Of a stretch of 64,000 nt of DNA, positions 1 to 9,664 are shown one piece after another. Location: contig JAUYDS010000117.1 of the NCBI GenBank assembly GCA_030691735.1, forward strand, positions 17,280-81,279, written 5' to 3'. The position numbers were made by a program, and so were the translations under genes. Every line of letters begins with the position of its first letter. Within the stretch, counting starts at the first letter, position 1. The DNA comes from Candidatus Aminicenantes bacterium (GTDB lineage Bacteria; Acidobacteriota; Aminicenantia; Aminicenantales; UBA4085). Under the pieces are notes generated by a model that was not told the origin of the DNA, made no database searches, and saw only the letters and a program-made list of their open reading frames with translations.

Positions 1-224
1 CGGTTGGCCGGCTCATAGGGGCTGATGTGGCAGTTCAACAGGAAGGCCTCGCCGTTCTTGATCTCGGCGAAGCTCTCCTTCAGGCTGATCCCCCCCTCTT
101 TGACGGATTTCACTTCGCTCCCCAGGAGTTCGATGCCCGCCTCGAGAGTTTCGACGATCGCATAATGGAAAAAGGCCGTCTTGTTGACCGCGATTGTCCG
201 GACGGTCCGGGTTTTCTCAGCCAT
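1..224 (-). CDS. smpB: SsrA-binding protein SmpB, 5' part (runs off the window start)
   Basis: Manual translation from ATG at 224 (not in the ORF track): MAEKTRTVRTIAVNKTAFFHYAIVETLEAGIELLGSEVKSVKEGGISLKESFAEIKNGEAFLLNCHISPYEPAN, matching the SmpB N-terminal motifs EAGIxLxGxEVKS and HIxPY. Confidence 0.93.
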   Translation of the reverse strand, partial: MAEKTRTVRTIAVNKTAFFHYAIVETLEAGIELLGSEVKSVKEGGISLKESFAEIKNGEAFLLNCHISPYEPAN

Positions 225-1467
225 GAACGAGGTCCACCCGGATCAGGCTGATATGCCTCTTGTTCATCTTTTCCACGGCGAAGCGGCGGCCCTCGAAGGT
301 CAGCGCATCCCTCTCGCGCGGGATCCGGCCGAATTCGTAGAGAAAGAATCCGGCCAGCGTCGTGTACTCCCCGCTTTCGGGAAGCTCAAGGGCCAGGCGC
401 TCGTTGATGTCCTTGATGCCGGCGGCTCCCTTGATGAGGAAGGCGTTCTCGCCGGCTGGAGCGAACCACTCCTCCTCTTTGGCGTCGTATTCGTCCCGGA
501 TCTCGCCGACGACCTCCTCGATGATGTCCTCGAGCGTGACGATCCCTTCCATGTTGCCGAATTCGTCGACGACGAAAGCGAGGTGGACGGCGTTTTCTTT
601 CATCTGGATCAGGACCTTTTCGACCGAAGCCGATTCTGGGACGAAAAAGGGCTTGCGGAGGATCTTCGACAAGTCGAAGTCCTTGGCTTCGGTCAGATAA
701 GGGATGATGTCTTTGGTGTGGATGAGCCCCTCGATATGGTCCAGCCTCCCCCGAAAAACGGGGAACCGGGAGAATTCCTCGCCGAGGACGGCGTCGAGAA
801 TCTGCTGACGGGTCGCTCCGATCTCGATGGCCTTGATCTGAGGACGGGGGGTCATGATCTCCTTCACCGGCCGCGAGGCGATGTCCAGGATCTCGGCGAT
901 CATCTTTTTACGGAAGGCCGATATCCCCTTGATCCCCGTCGACAGCAGGACCTTGGTCTCGTCCTCGGTGATGGCGCGGGACATGCTCGCGGACCCCCTC
1001 TCTGTCGAGGGAAAGAGCAGGCTGGAGAGGAAGGTGAAAACCTTGACGAAGGGATAGAAAAGGATCATGAACGCTCGGATGGGCTTGGCCATGACGAACG
1101 AGATCTTCAGGGGATTATAGGCGGCGTAGATCTTAGGATTGATCTCGGAGAAAAAGAGGATAAAGAGCGTGGTGACGATCGTGGCCAGCAGGACGGCCGT
1201 TTCCCGGTCGGGGATGAAGGAGACAAAAAGGGACGTCGCCACCGAAGCGGCGGCGGCGTTGACGAGCGTGTTCCCGATGAGGACGGTCGCCAGGAAATCG
1301 TCGAGGCGCGCGAGGATCCTCTTCACCGCCCCGGCCCGTTTCGAACCTTTCTTTTCCAGATAGTCCAGGGTGTACGGATTGGACCCGATGAAAGCGGTCT
1401 CGGACGATGAGAAAAAGGCGCTGAGGATGAGAAAGACCGCGAAGAGGAGGATCGACGCTAAGAGCAT
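217..1467 (-). CDS. Hemolysin/CorC-HlyC family membrane protein (CNNM/DUF21 + CBS pair + CorC_HlyC)
   Basis: SAFFSSSETAF N-terminal motif, TM segments, IMTPR, FSRFPV, VVDEFG..EGIVTLEDIIEEVVGEIRDEYD, TLAGF. Confidence 0.92.
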   Translation of the reverse strand: MLLASILLFAVFLILSAFFSSSETAFIGSNPYTLDYLEKKGSKRAGAVKRILARLDDFLATVLIGNTLVNAAAASVATSLFVSFIPDRETAVLLATIVTTLFILFFSEINPKIYAAYNPLKISFVMAKPIRAFMILFYPFVKVFTFLSSLLFPSTERGSASMSRAITEDETKVLLSTGIKGISAFRKKMIAEILDIASRPVKEIMTPRPQIKAIEIGATRQQILDAVLGEEFSRFPVFRGRLDHIEGLIHTKDIIPYLTEAKDFDLSKILRKPFFVPESASVEKVLIQMKENAVHLAFVVDEFGNMEGIVTLEDIIEEVVGEIRDEYDAKEEEWFAPAGENAFLIKGAAGIKDINERLALELPESGEYTTLAGFFLYEFGRIPRERDALTFEGRRFAVEKMNKRHISLIRVDLVHG

Positions 1468-1478
1468 GGCGGCGGAGT

Positions 1479-1997
1479 TCAGATGTCCAAGCCGGCTTTG
1501 ATATCTTTAAAGCAGTGCGAGAGCGTGTGAGTGATCTTCCTCTCGATCTGGGCGGAGGGAAGCGAGGACGCTTCGGAGATCTCGGAGACGATCAGTTCCT
1601 TGGCCTTTTCCATCATTTTTTTCTCGCGAAACGAGAGGGGCTTAATCAGGCTGAGATAGTAGAGGCTCTTCAGGACCGCGACCATATCCAGGATCGTGCC
1701 CGACCTCATCAGGTTCACATGCTCCTTGTAGCGGCCCTTCCAGTTCATGCTCACTTCCACTTCTCCGTTCTTCATGTAGTCGAAGATCTCTTTGACGGCG
1801 CGTTCGGAAACGAGCCTGCGGATGCCGATCTCTTCGATGGAGGCGGACGGGACGAGGACGAGGGTGTTGTTGGTCAGAATCCTCAGATGGAGGACGCGGA
1901 ACTTCTCTCCGTTAAAGGCCTCATCCTGAATGTCTTCAATGACGCCAAGGCCTTGATTGGGATAAATGACTCTATCACCAATCTTCAGTGAATTCAT
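1479..1997 (-). CDS. carD: CarD/CdnL family RNA polymerase-binding transcription factor
   Basis: KIGDRVIYPNQGLGVI N-terminus, conserved W in NWKGRYK, LSFREKKM..A..LIVSEIS; 172 aa. Confidence 0.92.
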   Translation of the reverse strand: MNSLKIGDRVIYPNQGLGVIEDIQDEAFNGEKFRVLHLRILTNNTLVLVPSASIEEIGIRRLVSERAVKEIFDYMKNGEVEVSMNWKGRYKEHVNLMRSGTILDMVAVLKSLYYLSLIKPLSFREKKMMEKAKELIVSEISEASSLPSAQIERKITHTLSHCFKDIKAGLDI

Positions 1998-2005
1998 GAA
2001 CCATC

Positions 2006-2034
2006 ATTATAATCGATTCCCCCTGAAGAGTCAA
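2006..2034 (-). promoter_or_regulatory. sigma70-type promoter of carD (near-leaderless transcript)
   Basis: Minus strand TTGACT-17 bp-TATAAT; the -10 hexamer ends 8 nt before the carD ATG. Confidence 0.8.
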
Positions 2035-2089
2035 CAAGGAAGCGCCGGAAATAAACTCGCGACCGGCGGAGATCTTTACCTTCAAAAAC

Positions 2090-2106
2090 AGCAATAATGG
2101 TGCCAA
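2090..2106 (-). promoter_or_regulatory. sigma54 (-24/-12) promoter facing carD
   Basis: Minus strand TTGGCACCATTATTGCT: GG-N10-GC with TGGCAC and TTGC cores. Confidence 0.72.
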
Positions 2107-2133
2107 AGCTCGGGAAATTTATAATTATATTAT

Positions 2134-2146
2134 AATCAATATATTA
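2134..2146. promoter_or_regulatory. IHF-binding consensus site
   Basis: AATCAATATATTA matches WATCAANNNNTTR, with an AT-rich flank, about 55-67 nt upstream of the predicted sigma54 start. Confidence 0.6.
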
Positions 2147-2315
2147 AGAATCATTTTGAGCGTTGGCGGGCGTTCACTCGAAGAGTTCAAATAATGGACG
2201 CGAGCGGGACAACATTTTTATAATTATATTATCAAGAATAAGATAAAACGATATTAGAGATTGTTCATTTTTTATTTCTAGACCTCTGGGCGATGCCGAA
2301 ATGAAGAAATTCGGC

Positions 2316-2344
2316 TTGACAGAAAATGAGAGCTCTATTAACAT
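2316..2344 (+). promoter_or_regulatory. sigma70-type promoter of the rpmH operon
   Basis: TTGACA-17 bp-TAACAT upstream of rpmH; AAGGA SD-like motif before the ATG. Confidence 0.72.
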
Positions 2345-2368
2345 ATCCTCCTTAAAGGATCGAAGACG

Positions 2369-2503
2369 ATGAAGCCAACATTCCGACCGAACAACAGAAA
2401 AAGAAAGAAAGATCATGGATTTCTGGTCCGCATGAGCACCAAAGGCGGGCAGAAAGTCATCAAGAGACGAAGACAGAAAGGCCGGAAGCGCCTCGCTGTT
2501 TGA
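2369..2503 (+). CDS. rpmH: 50S ribosomal protein L34
   Basis: Manual translation [44 protein letters not shown] (44 aa, absent from the ORF track); directly upstream of rnpA. Confidence 0.97.
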   Translation: MKPTFRPNNRKRKKDHGFLVRMSTKGGQKVIKRRRQKGRKRLAV

Positions 2504-2850
2504 TGATAGAGAGCTATGGTCCTCGCGAGAGGATCCGCAAGAAAAAAGATTTTACTAATCTTTACAAAAAAGGCAGTTGCGCGCGAGGTCGATTCTTCAA
2601 TTTGATCTGTTTTCCCAACGGTCTGGGCCATTCCCGGATGGCCGCCGTCACCAGCAAGAAGGTCGGAAATGCCGTTCAACGCAACAGGATCAGGCGCAGG
2701 GCCAGGGAATTGTTCCGAAAGAATAAGGATTTGTTGATATATCCGTTGGATATTCTGTTGATCGCCAAGAAAGACATCGGGGACGCGACCCGGCAGGACC
2801 TGCTCGAACGGTATCGGTCGGCCCTTCAAGCGATCCGGGAGCGCCGTTGA
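2503..2850 (+). CDS. rnpA: Ribonuclease P protein component
   Basis: SKKVGNAVQRNRIRRRARE (RNR motif); synteny rpmH-rnpA-yidD-yidC. Confidence 0.96.
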   Translation: MIESYGPRERIRKKKDFTNLYKKGSCARGRFFNLICFPNGLGHSRMAAVTSKKVGNAVQRNRIRRRARELFRKNKDLLIYPLDILLIAKKDIGDATRQDLLERYRSALQAIRERR

Positions 2851-2854
2851 GCTC

Positions 2855-3064
2855 ATGAAAACCGTTTTTTTGTTCCTTCTCCGAACCTACAAGAGAATTC
2901 TCTCTCCTATTATGGGGAGGCATTGCCGCTTTTATCCGACCTGTTCGGAATATATGGCCCAGGCCATCGATCAATATGGATTGGCCAAAGGCATCGGGCT
3001 CGGGCTGAAAAGGCTATTGAGGTGCCATCCTTTCCACGAGGGAGGGCTCGATCCTGTCCCTTAA
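2855..3064 (+). CDS. yidD: Membrane protein insertion efficiency factor YidD
   Basis: CRFYPTCSEY...RLLRCHPF..GG.DPVP. Confidence 0.96.
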   Translation: MKTVFLFLLRTYKRILSPIMGRHCRFYPTCSEYMAQAIDQYGLAKGIGLGLKRLLRCHPFHEGGLDPVP

Positions 3065-3075
3065 GAGGTCTTAGC

Positions 3076-4767
3076 ATGGAAAAAAGACTGGTACTCGCGA
3101 TCGTCCTCTCCTTTCTGCTGTTGCTCGTCTGGCAACTCGTCCTCGTTAAAAAATCGCCGGAACTCCAAACCGCCGCCGAGCAAACGGTTCCGGTCCAAAC
3201 CGGCCAGGTCCAGCCGGTCCCGGAACAAAAAAAGGCCGATGTCGCGGCCCCTCAGCCGCCCGCCCAAAAAGCTGATAAGCCGTTGAATATAAAACAGATA
3301 TCTGCAAGCGGCGAAGACAAAATAACGTTAGACACCTCGCTTTATCAAGCCGTCTGGAGCAACAAGGGGGGGGTCTTGACAAGCTGGAAACTCCGCAAGC
3401 ATAAAAACGAAAAAAAAGAGTTTCTGGATCTCGTTCCCTTATCCGCGAAGGACGCCGGAGTTTATCCTTTTTCCCTCTATGATGATGCTCCCGACTCGGT
3501 CAAGGCCGGCCTTCAGGGGATCGTCTCGAGCGCGTATAACAGCGCCCTTTACAAAGTGACAGGTTCGAGCGGGGAAGTCAGGGACGGAGAAAAAGCCGAG
3601 ATCCGCTTCAATTACGCCGATGGAAAAGAGCTCGAGATCGAGAAGATCTTCACCTTCTATGGGGGAAGATATGATTTCGACATCGCCGTTGCGATCCGCA
3701 GGAACGGCCAGCCGGTCGAACCCCGGATTCTCTGGGGGCCCGGGATCGGCAATCCCTCCGAGAGCGAACTCAAACAGAGCTTCGGATCGGGCGGCGGCAC
3801 CACCGTCTTCGCCTCCAACAGCCTCTACCGGGTCGACGAGAAAAAATACAAGCCCGAACAGAGCGCTTTCAATTTCGTCACTTGGGCGGCCTACGACGAC
3901 AACTATTTCGCGGCCATGTTCCTTCCCGCGGCCGCCGGCGGAGGAACGGCCGCCTTTTTAAAGGAAGATGTCGAGAACAAGGCCTCCTATTTCTTTCTGT
4001 CGGCGGCCAATCCCGGCAAAGCCTTCGTCGGGCCGAAGGACTTCGATGCCTTGACGGCGTTCGGCCACGACGCCAAAAAGATCGTCCGCTTCGGTTTCTT
4101 CGGCTTCATCGCCGAGATCCTTTTCGTGACCTTGAAATTCATCCATAAATTCGTTCCGAACTGGGGATTCGCCATCATCATCTTGACCTTTATCATCAAG
4201 GTCCTCTTTTTCCCTCTGACCTACCACAGCACGAAATCCATGGCCAAGATGGCCGATCTCCAGCCGAAGATCAAAGCCCTCCGGGCCAAATATAAAAAGT
4301 CCAAAACCGATATCGCCCAGCGCCGCCAGATGAACGAAGAGATGATGAAGCTATACAAGGAGAACGGCGTCAATCCGGCCGGCGGCTGCTTGCCCATGAT
4401 TCTCCAGATCCCCGTCTTTTTCGGCCTCTTCAGTCTGTTGCGGGTCGCCATCGAACTGAGGCAGAGCCCCTGGATCCTCTGGATCAAAGACCTTTCGATC
4501 AAGGATCCCCTTTATATCACTCCTCTCCTCATGGGCGCGACGCAATTCATCAGCCAGAAAATGACCCCCACGACGGCCGATCCCGCCCAAGCCCGGATGA
4601 TGCTCATCATGCCTGTCGTCATGACCTTCTTTTTCATGAATTTCCAGAGCGGCCTGGTCATCTACTGGCTGACGTCCAATGTCCTTCAGATCGGACAACA
4701 ATACATCATGAACAGAATGATGCATAAAAAAAAGGTTGAATCCCATGGAAAACCAAGAAAAAAATGA
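3076..4767 (+). CDS. yidC: Membrane protein insertase YidC
   Basis: Start MEKRLVLAIVLSF at 3076 (the ORF-track extension overlaps yidD); NWGFAIIILT, NPAGGCLPMILQIPVF, GLVIYW motifs. Confidence 0.96.
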   Translation: MEKRLVLAIVLSFLLLLVWQLVLVKKSPELQTAAEQTVPVQTGQVQPVPEQKKADVAAPQPPAQKADKPLNIKQISASGEDKITLDTSLYQAVWSNKGGVLTSWKLRKHKNEKKEFLDLVPLSAKDAGVYPFSLYDDAPDSVKAGLQGIVSSAYNSALYKVTGSSGEVRDGEKAEIRFNYADGKELEIEKIFTFYGGRYDFDIAVAIRRNGQPVEPRILWGPGIGNPSESELKQSFGSGGGTTVFASNSLYRVDEKKYKPEQSAFNFVTWAAYDDNYFAAMFLPAAAGGGTAAFLKEDVENKASYFFLSAANPGKAFVGPKDFDALTAFGHDAKKIVRFGFFGFIAEILFVTLKFIHKFVPNWGFAIIILTFIIKVLFFPLTYHSTKSMAKMADLQPKIKALRAKYKKSKTDIAQRRQMNEEMMKLYKENGVNPAGGCLPMILQIPVFFGLFSLLRVAIELRQSPWILWIKDLSIKDPLYITPLLMGATQFISQKMTPTTADPAQARMMLIMPVVMTFFFMNFQSGLVIYWLTSNVLQIGQQYIMNRMMHKKKVESHGKPRKK

Positions 4768-5386
4768 GTCCGGCGTCGAAGAACTCAAGGAATTCAAAGG
4801 CAAAAACTTAGAGGAGGCCATCGGTTACGCCGAGCACAAGCTGAAGATTCTCCGCTCGGAGTTCAACTACGAGATCGTTACCGAAAAGACCAAACTGTTC
4901 GGGATCAGCAAGGAGATCGTCATTCGTGTCTGGCCGAAGATCGAAGCCGAAGAGAACGCCGTTACCGATTTTCTCAAGAAGCTACTCCAGGTCTTTCCCC
5001 TCGACCTCGACTACCAGGTCAAGAAAAAGAACGGCTTCGTCTTCGTCGTCTTCGACGGCGAGGACAAGCAGATCCTCCTCTGGAAAGACGGGGCCCTTCT
5101 GCTGGCCTTGCAGCATGTCCTGAACAAGGTCTCCAATCAAAAAGTCCAGGTCGACTGTGAGTTTTTCCGGAAAAGAAAAGAGAAGAGACTCCGCGAATAC
5201 GCCCAGGATGTCGCCCGTCAGGTCAGTGATACCGGCCGGAACGAGATTCTGGACCTCATGAATCCCTACGAGCGACGGATTGTCCATATCGCCGTCAACC
5301 AGGTCCCGGGCCTAACCAGCGAAAGCCTGGGCGACGGTTTTCTGAAGCGGGTCAAGATCTTTCCCATCGGCAAGCAGGGCAAATAA
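4745..5386 (+). CDS. jag: Jag/KhpB/EloR RNA-binding protein (Jag_N, degenerate KH, R3H)
   Basis: FKGKNLEEAI Jag_N-like start, MNPYERRIVH R3H motif, position after yidC. Confidence 0.88.
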   Translation: MENQEKNESGVEELKEFKGKNLEEAIGYAEHKLKILRSEFNYEIVTEKTKLFGISKEIVIRVWPKIEAEENAVTDFLKKLLQVFPLDLDYQVKKKNGFVFVVFDGEDKQILLWKDGALLLALQHVLNKVSNQKVQVDCEFFRKRKEKRLREYAQDVARQVSDTGRNEILDLMNPYERRIVHIAVNQVPGLTSESLGDGFLKRVKIFPIGKQGK

Positions 5387-5629
5387 AGGGCTCGCTCGAA
5401 GCGGGCAAACGCTCTCTTAGTCGCGGGTCCTGTCACCGATCAGCCCAGCCGGACTCGCTCATCACCCACCTTCGGGGGGTCCCATTCGCTTCGTCCGGCC
5501 GGGCGCCCGATCGGTGCCACCCGTAAATAGAGCGTTTGCCCGTTTCTTCGCTCGCGTATTTCTTTAGTTATTCGGGATGGCCGATGCGGCGACAGGGTGG
5601 CCCCCGGCCCCCTGGGGAACCAGTCGCTT

Positions 5630-5729
5630 CCCGATCAATGCGTGGGATTATGCTCGTTGGAAGGAAGGCAGGGAGCGAAGCGACCGTTGGAAGGAAACCC
5701 GCTCAAAGGGTTTCCTTCCAAGAGTGACC
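5630..5729 (+). repeat. Repeat family A, copy 1 (14-bp stem TTGGAAGGAAACCC-N7-GGGTTTCCTTCCAA + GAGTGACC)
   Basis: Stem 5687-5700/5708-5721; near-identical copies at 6054-6154 and 22892-23005. Confidence 0.9.
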
Positions 5730-6053
5730 CGTCGGTTCCCCCCATCGGCCTTGCCGATGGGGCCCCCCTCCGCTATGGGGTCCTTAGGGCCAACCCTGCC
5801 GTCGCGTCCTTTATTCTCGCACCGGAAAAACCGAAATGCAGCCGCGATATTTCTTGTGATCGCATCGGCTTCCTCCCCTCGCCCGGGATGAAAAAAATAG
5901 TTCATGATGATGGGGAAACGCATTGTTTTCGCCTTTGACGAGCGAAGAAGCGGGCGAACGCTCTTTTCACGGATTGAGCCGAACGACAAGATCGGGAGAC
6001 GGCCGAAGCGACCATGGAGGGTTTAGCCTTTCCGAGCCGTCCTTCGAGGGAAC

Positions 6054-6154
6054 TCCGAACAATGCGACGAACAAATGCTCCTTGGAAGGTTAGCAGGGAG
6101 CGCAGCGACCGTTGGAAGGAAACCCGTTCAAAGGGTTTCCTTCCAAGAGTGACC
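6054..6154 (+). repeat. Repeat family A, copy 2
   Basis: Stem 6112-6125/6133-6146 with the same flanks (GCTCCTTGGAAGG..GCAGGGA..GACCG and GAGTGACC). Confidence 0.9.
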
Positions 6155-6402
6155 AGCCGGCCCGGAAGAGGCCGGCCGGCGAAGCATGTTTGAGCTTCCC
6201 GGCGCACTCCCGTAATGTCGGAAGCCGGGAAGCGAGTTCTGAGCCGCCGAGAAGAACGGCGAGGAAACGGCGTGAAAAACCCGAGTCGGGAGCGAAGCCG
6301 TTTTCCGATCTTGTCTGTATGCCCCGCCGACCAGAAAAGCGTTCGCCCACTTCGAGCGAGCCCCTTTACTATTCGCTTCGTCTAAACTAAAATCCCATTC
6401 AA

Positions 6403-7782
6403 ATGCTCGATCAAACGCTCGAGGACACGATCATCGCCGTCTCGACGCCGCCCGGATATGGGGGGATCGGGATCGTCCGGTTGAGCGGCCGGGACGCCCT
6501 CAAGATAGCTAAAGCCTTTTTTCGGCCGAAGAAGGCAACTTCCAAGATCCCTCCGAGGCGGGCGGTTTTAGGAAACCTCGTGAATCTCGAAACGGAAGAG
6601 GTCTTCGAAGAGGCCTATCTTCTTTATTTTCAAGCGCCTCATTCCTATACTCGCGAGGACGTGGCCGAGATCAGCTGCCACGGCAGCCCCACGGTCATGG
6701 AAGAAGCCGTTCGTCTTGGAATCAGGGCCGGAGCGAGGCACGCGCGAGCCGGAGAATTCACCTTGCGGGCCTATTTGAGAGGCCGGCTTGACATCATTCA
6801 GGCCGAAGCGGTCAACGACCTCATTCGAGCCGGCACGATCGAAACGGCCCACTTGGCGTTCAGCCAGCTGGACGGAAAGCTTTCGAAGAAGATCGAAGGA
6901 TTTCGGGCGGGAGTCATCGACATCCTCTCCCAGATCGAAGCGGTTATCGAGTTTCCGGAAGACCGGCTGCCCGTCACGCCTGGGAAAATGGCCATAAACC
7001 TCGAGAAAATGATCGTCCTGATGGACGATCTTGTTTCGAGCTACGAAGGAGGCAGAGCGCTCATCGAAGGCGTCACCCTGGCCATCACGGGGAGGACGAA
7101 TGTCGGGAAATCCACCCTGTTCAACGCCATTTTAGAGGACGAGCGAGCGATCGTCACCCCCTATCCCGGAACGACGCGGGACTACTTGAAGGAAAAGATC
7201 AAGATCAAGGACGCCTATTTCAACCTGGTCGATATGGCCGGCCTTGGAAAGGCAGGTTCGTCCGTCGAACGGGAAGGCATGAGAAGGGGGGAAAAAATAG
7301 CCTCATCGGCGGAAGGGCTTCTCATTTTGCTGGATGCCTCTCGTCCGGAGGATCGAGAGGACCTCGCCCTTCTCGAGGAATTCCGGAACAAAAAAGCCCT
7401 CATCCTGTTCAACAAGATCGATCTTGGCCTGAAAATGGATATCGCCAAGATCAAAGAGCGCTTCGGACACCTTTCTTTCCTGGAAATCTCCGCCCTGAGA
7501 GGAACGAATCTCAACCGGTTGAGGAAGAAGATTTATGAGATCTTCGCCGCGAAGATGCAGAACCGCGAAAACGTCATCTTCCATCTAAGACAGAAATTGC
7601 TGCTTGAGGATGTTCTCAGACATCTGAAAAAGGGGCGTGAACTGCTTTTAAAAGGCCATTCCGAGGAGATTTACGCTGATGAGATCCGGAAAACGCTTCC
7701 TTTCCTCAGCCAATTGACGGGAGAGATCAAAGCGGACGATGTCATCGAAAGGATCTTCAGCCGCTTCTGCGTGGGAAAATGA
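6403..7782 (+). CDS. mnmE: tRNA modification GTPase MnmE
   Basis: DTIIAVSTPPG..GIGIVRLSG, GRTNVGKS, PGTTRD, NKID, C-terminal FCVGK. Confidence 0.97.
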   Translation: MLDQTLEDTIIAVSTPPGYGGIGIVRLSGRDALKIAKAFFRPKKATSKIPPRRAVLGNLVNLETEEVFEEAYLLYFQAPHSYTREDVAEISCHGSPTVMEEAVRLGIRAGARHARAGEFTLRAYLRGRLDIIQAEAVNDLIRAGTIETAHLAFSQLDGKLSKKIEGFRAGVIDILSQIEAVIEFPEDRLPVTPGKMAINLEKMIVLMDDLVSSYEGGRALIEGVTLAITGRTNVGKSTLFNAILEDERAIVTPYPGTTRDYLKEKIKIKDAYFNLVDMAGLGKAGSSVEREGMRRGEKIASSAEGLLILLDASRPEDREDLALLEEFRNKKALILFNKIDLGLKMDIAKIKERFGHLSFLEISALRGTNLNRLRKKIYEIFAAKMQNRENVIFHLRQKLLLEDVLRHLKKGRELLLKGHSEEIYADEIRKTLPFLSQLTGEIKADDVIERIFSRFCVGK

Positions 7783-7783
7783 A

Positions 7784-9664
7784 ATGAAAACGACAGCCGC
7801 CGATGCTTACGATATTGTCGTAGTCGGAGCCGGCCATGCCGGTTGCGAGGCGGCCGCCGCAGCCTGCGCTATGGGCCTGTCGACCTGCCTGGTCACGATC
7901 CATCTTGAGACCATCGCTCAAATGTCCTGCAATCCGGCCATCGGCGGACTGGCCAAAGGCCATCTGGTCCGGGAAATCGACGCCATCGGCGGGCTCATGG
8001 GTCGGTTGGCTGATGAGACGGGGATCCAGTTCCGCTTGTTGAACCGGAGCCGGGGGGGTGCGGTCCAGGCGCCCCGCGCTCAATGCGACAAGGCCCTTTA
8101 TCGGCTGACAATGAAGAAATGGCTCGAGAACATTCCAAATATGACGGTTTTCCAAGGGATCGTGACCGATCTTCTCGTCGAGGACGGAAAGGCGAAAGGT
8201 ATCGCCACATTGGACGGCCACATGATCCGGGGCAAAGCGATCCTTCTAACTCCCGGCACGTTCTTGAACGGACTGATCCATATCGGGCTCAAGAGCTATC
8301 CGGCCGGGAGGGCCAACGAGCCCGCCGCCCCAGAGCTGGGAGAGTGCCTGAAAAGGCTCGGTTTGAAAACCTTGCGCCTAAAAACAGGCACGCCGATGAG
8401 GCTGGACAAGCATACCATCGACTGGTCGCGGTTCGAACCTCAGCCGGGCGACGAAATCCCCGTCCCTTTTTCGTTCAGAACAAGAAAAAGGCTCGAGAAT
8501 AAAGTCGTTTGTTATGCCGGATATACGAACGAAAAAACACATGAGGTCATCCGAAAGAACCTCGATAAATCTCCTCTCTTCAGCGGTAAGATTATAGGCG
8601 TCGGGACCCGCTACTGTCCATCGATCGAGGATAAAGTAGTGAAATTCCCTCATCATTCCCGGCACCACTTCTTTCTCGAGCCGGAAGGCCTTGAAACGGC
8701 GGAGGTTTATGTCAACGGCGTATCTTCCAGCCTTCCCTATGAAACACAGAAGAGCATCCTCGGGACCATCCCGGGGCTTGACCAGGCAAAGATCCTGAGG
8801 CCCGCCTATGGTATCGAGTATGACGCCATCTCCCCTGTCCAGCTTCGGCCTACGCTGGAAACGAGACTCATCGACGATCTCTATTTAGCCGGACAGATCA
8901 ATGGGACCTCGGGTTATGAAGAAGCCGCGGCCCAGGGGCTCATGGCCGGCATCAATGCCGCCTTGAAAATAAAAAAGAAAGCCCCATTTATTCTTCGCCG
9001 GGATGAAGCCTATATTGGAGTCCTCATCGATGACTTGATTTCCAAGGGCGTGGAGGAGCCTTACCGCCTTTTTACCTCGAGGGCCGAATATCGCCTCATG
9101 CTGAGGATCGACAACGCCGACGTCCGCTTGACCGGATACGGTCATGGTTTCGGACTGATCGGAGATGAGGAATTATGTGTTTTCCATGAGAAACAGGAAA
9201 GGGTGAGAAACGTCATCTATTTCCTGGAGAACAAGAAGATCACCCTGGCCAACAAGGAAAAAATCAGGCTGAAGGACTTCCTAAAAAAACCTGAAATCCA
9301 TTTCGAGAATATGCTAGAATACGGAAAGATTCCGGAGGCCCTAACCGATGAAGAGATCAGACACGTCGAGGCCGAAGTCAAATATGAAGGATATCTGAAA
9401 AAACAGGAAAAAGAGGTCGCCAAGATCTTGAAGATCGACGGCCTTAAAATTCCCGAGAAACTGGATCTTAAGAAAATTCATGGCCTGACCAGGGAAGCCG
9501 TGGAAAAGATGGAACAACATAGACCGAGGACGATCCGTGACATGAAAAAGATCCCGGGGCTCACCCCTTCCGACGTATTTTCCGTCTATGTCCACCTGAA
9601 GGCGCGGAAAAAGAGAAGGGTCACCGGCGATAATGTTCCACGTGGAACAATCGGCAATGGCTAA
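7784..9664 (+). CDS. mnmG: tRNA uridine 5-carboxymethylaminomethyl modification enzyme MnmG (GidA)
   Basis: [46 protein letters not shown]; start ATG at 7784. Confidence 0.97.
   Translation: MKTTAADAYDIVVVGAGHAGCEAAAAACAMGLSTCLVTIHLETIAQMSCNPAIGGLAKGHLVREIDAIGGLMGRLADETGIQFRLLNRSRGGAVQAPRAQCDKALYRLTMKKWLENIPNMTVFQGIVTDLLVEDGKAKGIATLDGHMIRGKAILLTPGTFLNGLIHIGLKSYPAGRANEPAAPELGECLKRLGLKTLRLKTGTPMRLDKHTIDWSRFEPQPGDEIPVPFSFRTRKRLENKVVCYAGYTNEKTHEVIRKNLDKSPLFSGKIIGVGTRYCPSIEDKVVKFPHHSRHHFFLEPEGLETAEVYVNGVSSSLPYETQKSILGTIPGLDQAKILRPAYGIEYDAISPVQLRPTLETRLIDDLYLAGQINGTSGYEEAAAQGLMAGINAALKIKKKAPFILRRDEAYIGVLIDDLISKGVEEPYRLFTSRAEYRLMLRIDNADVRLTGYGHGFGLIGDEELCVFHEKQERVRNVIYFLENKKITLANKEKIRLKDFLKKPEIHFENMLEYGKIPEALTDEEIRHVEAEVKYEGYLKKQEKEVAKILKIDGLKIPEKLDLKKIHGLTREAVEKMEQHRPRTIRDMKKIPGLTPSDVFSVYVHLKARKKRRVTGDNVPRGTIGNG
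9634..9649. promoter_or_regulatory. parS centromere site
   Basis: Perfect 16-bp palindrome TGTTCCACGTGGAACA matching the parS consensus; inside the mnmG 3' end, 7 nt before the parA ATG. Confidence 0.92.

Larger units (their letters stand above)
5388..6363. repeat. About 1 kb non-coding mosaic of nested inverted repeats (MITE/REP-like)
   Basis: GGGCTCGCTCGAAGCGGGCAAACGCT (5388-5413) is inverted at 6338-6363 with 2 mismatches; second pair 5529-5554/5939-5964; further nested inverted repeats; no credible CDS. Confidence 0.8.

Noticed and set aside
1998-2368. oriC
   Set aside because: AT-rich, but no DnaA boxes were seen and no dnaA is adjacent; promoters explain the composition.
5536-6390. 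Short ORFs in the jag-mnmE gap
   Set aside because: They overlap on both strands and translate repeat DNA (LEGNPxKGFPSKSD); no clear SD.
9633-9656. MFHVEQ N-terminal extension of ParA
   Set aside because: This is the parS palindrome read as codons; the likely start is 9657.
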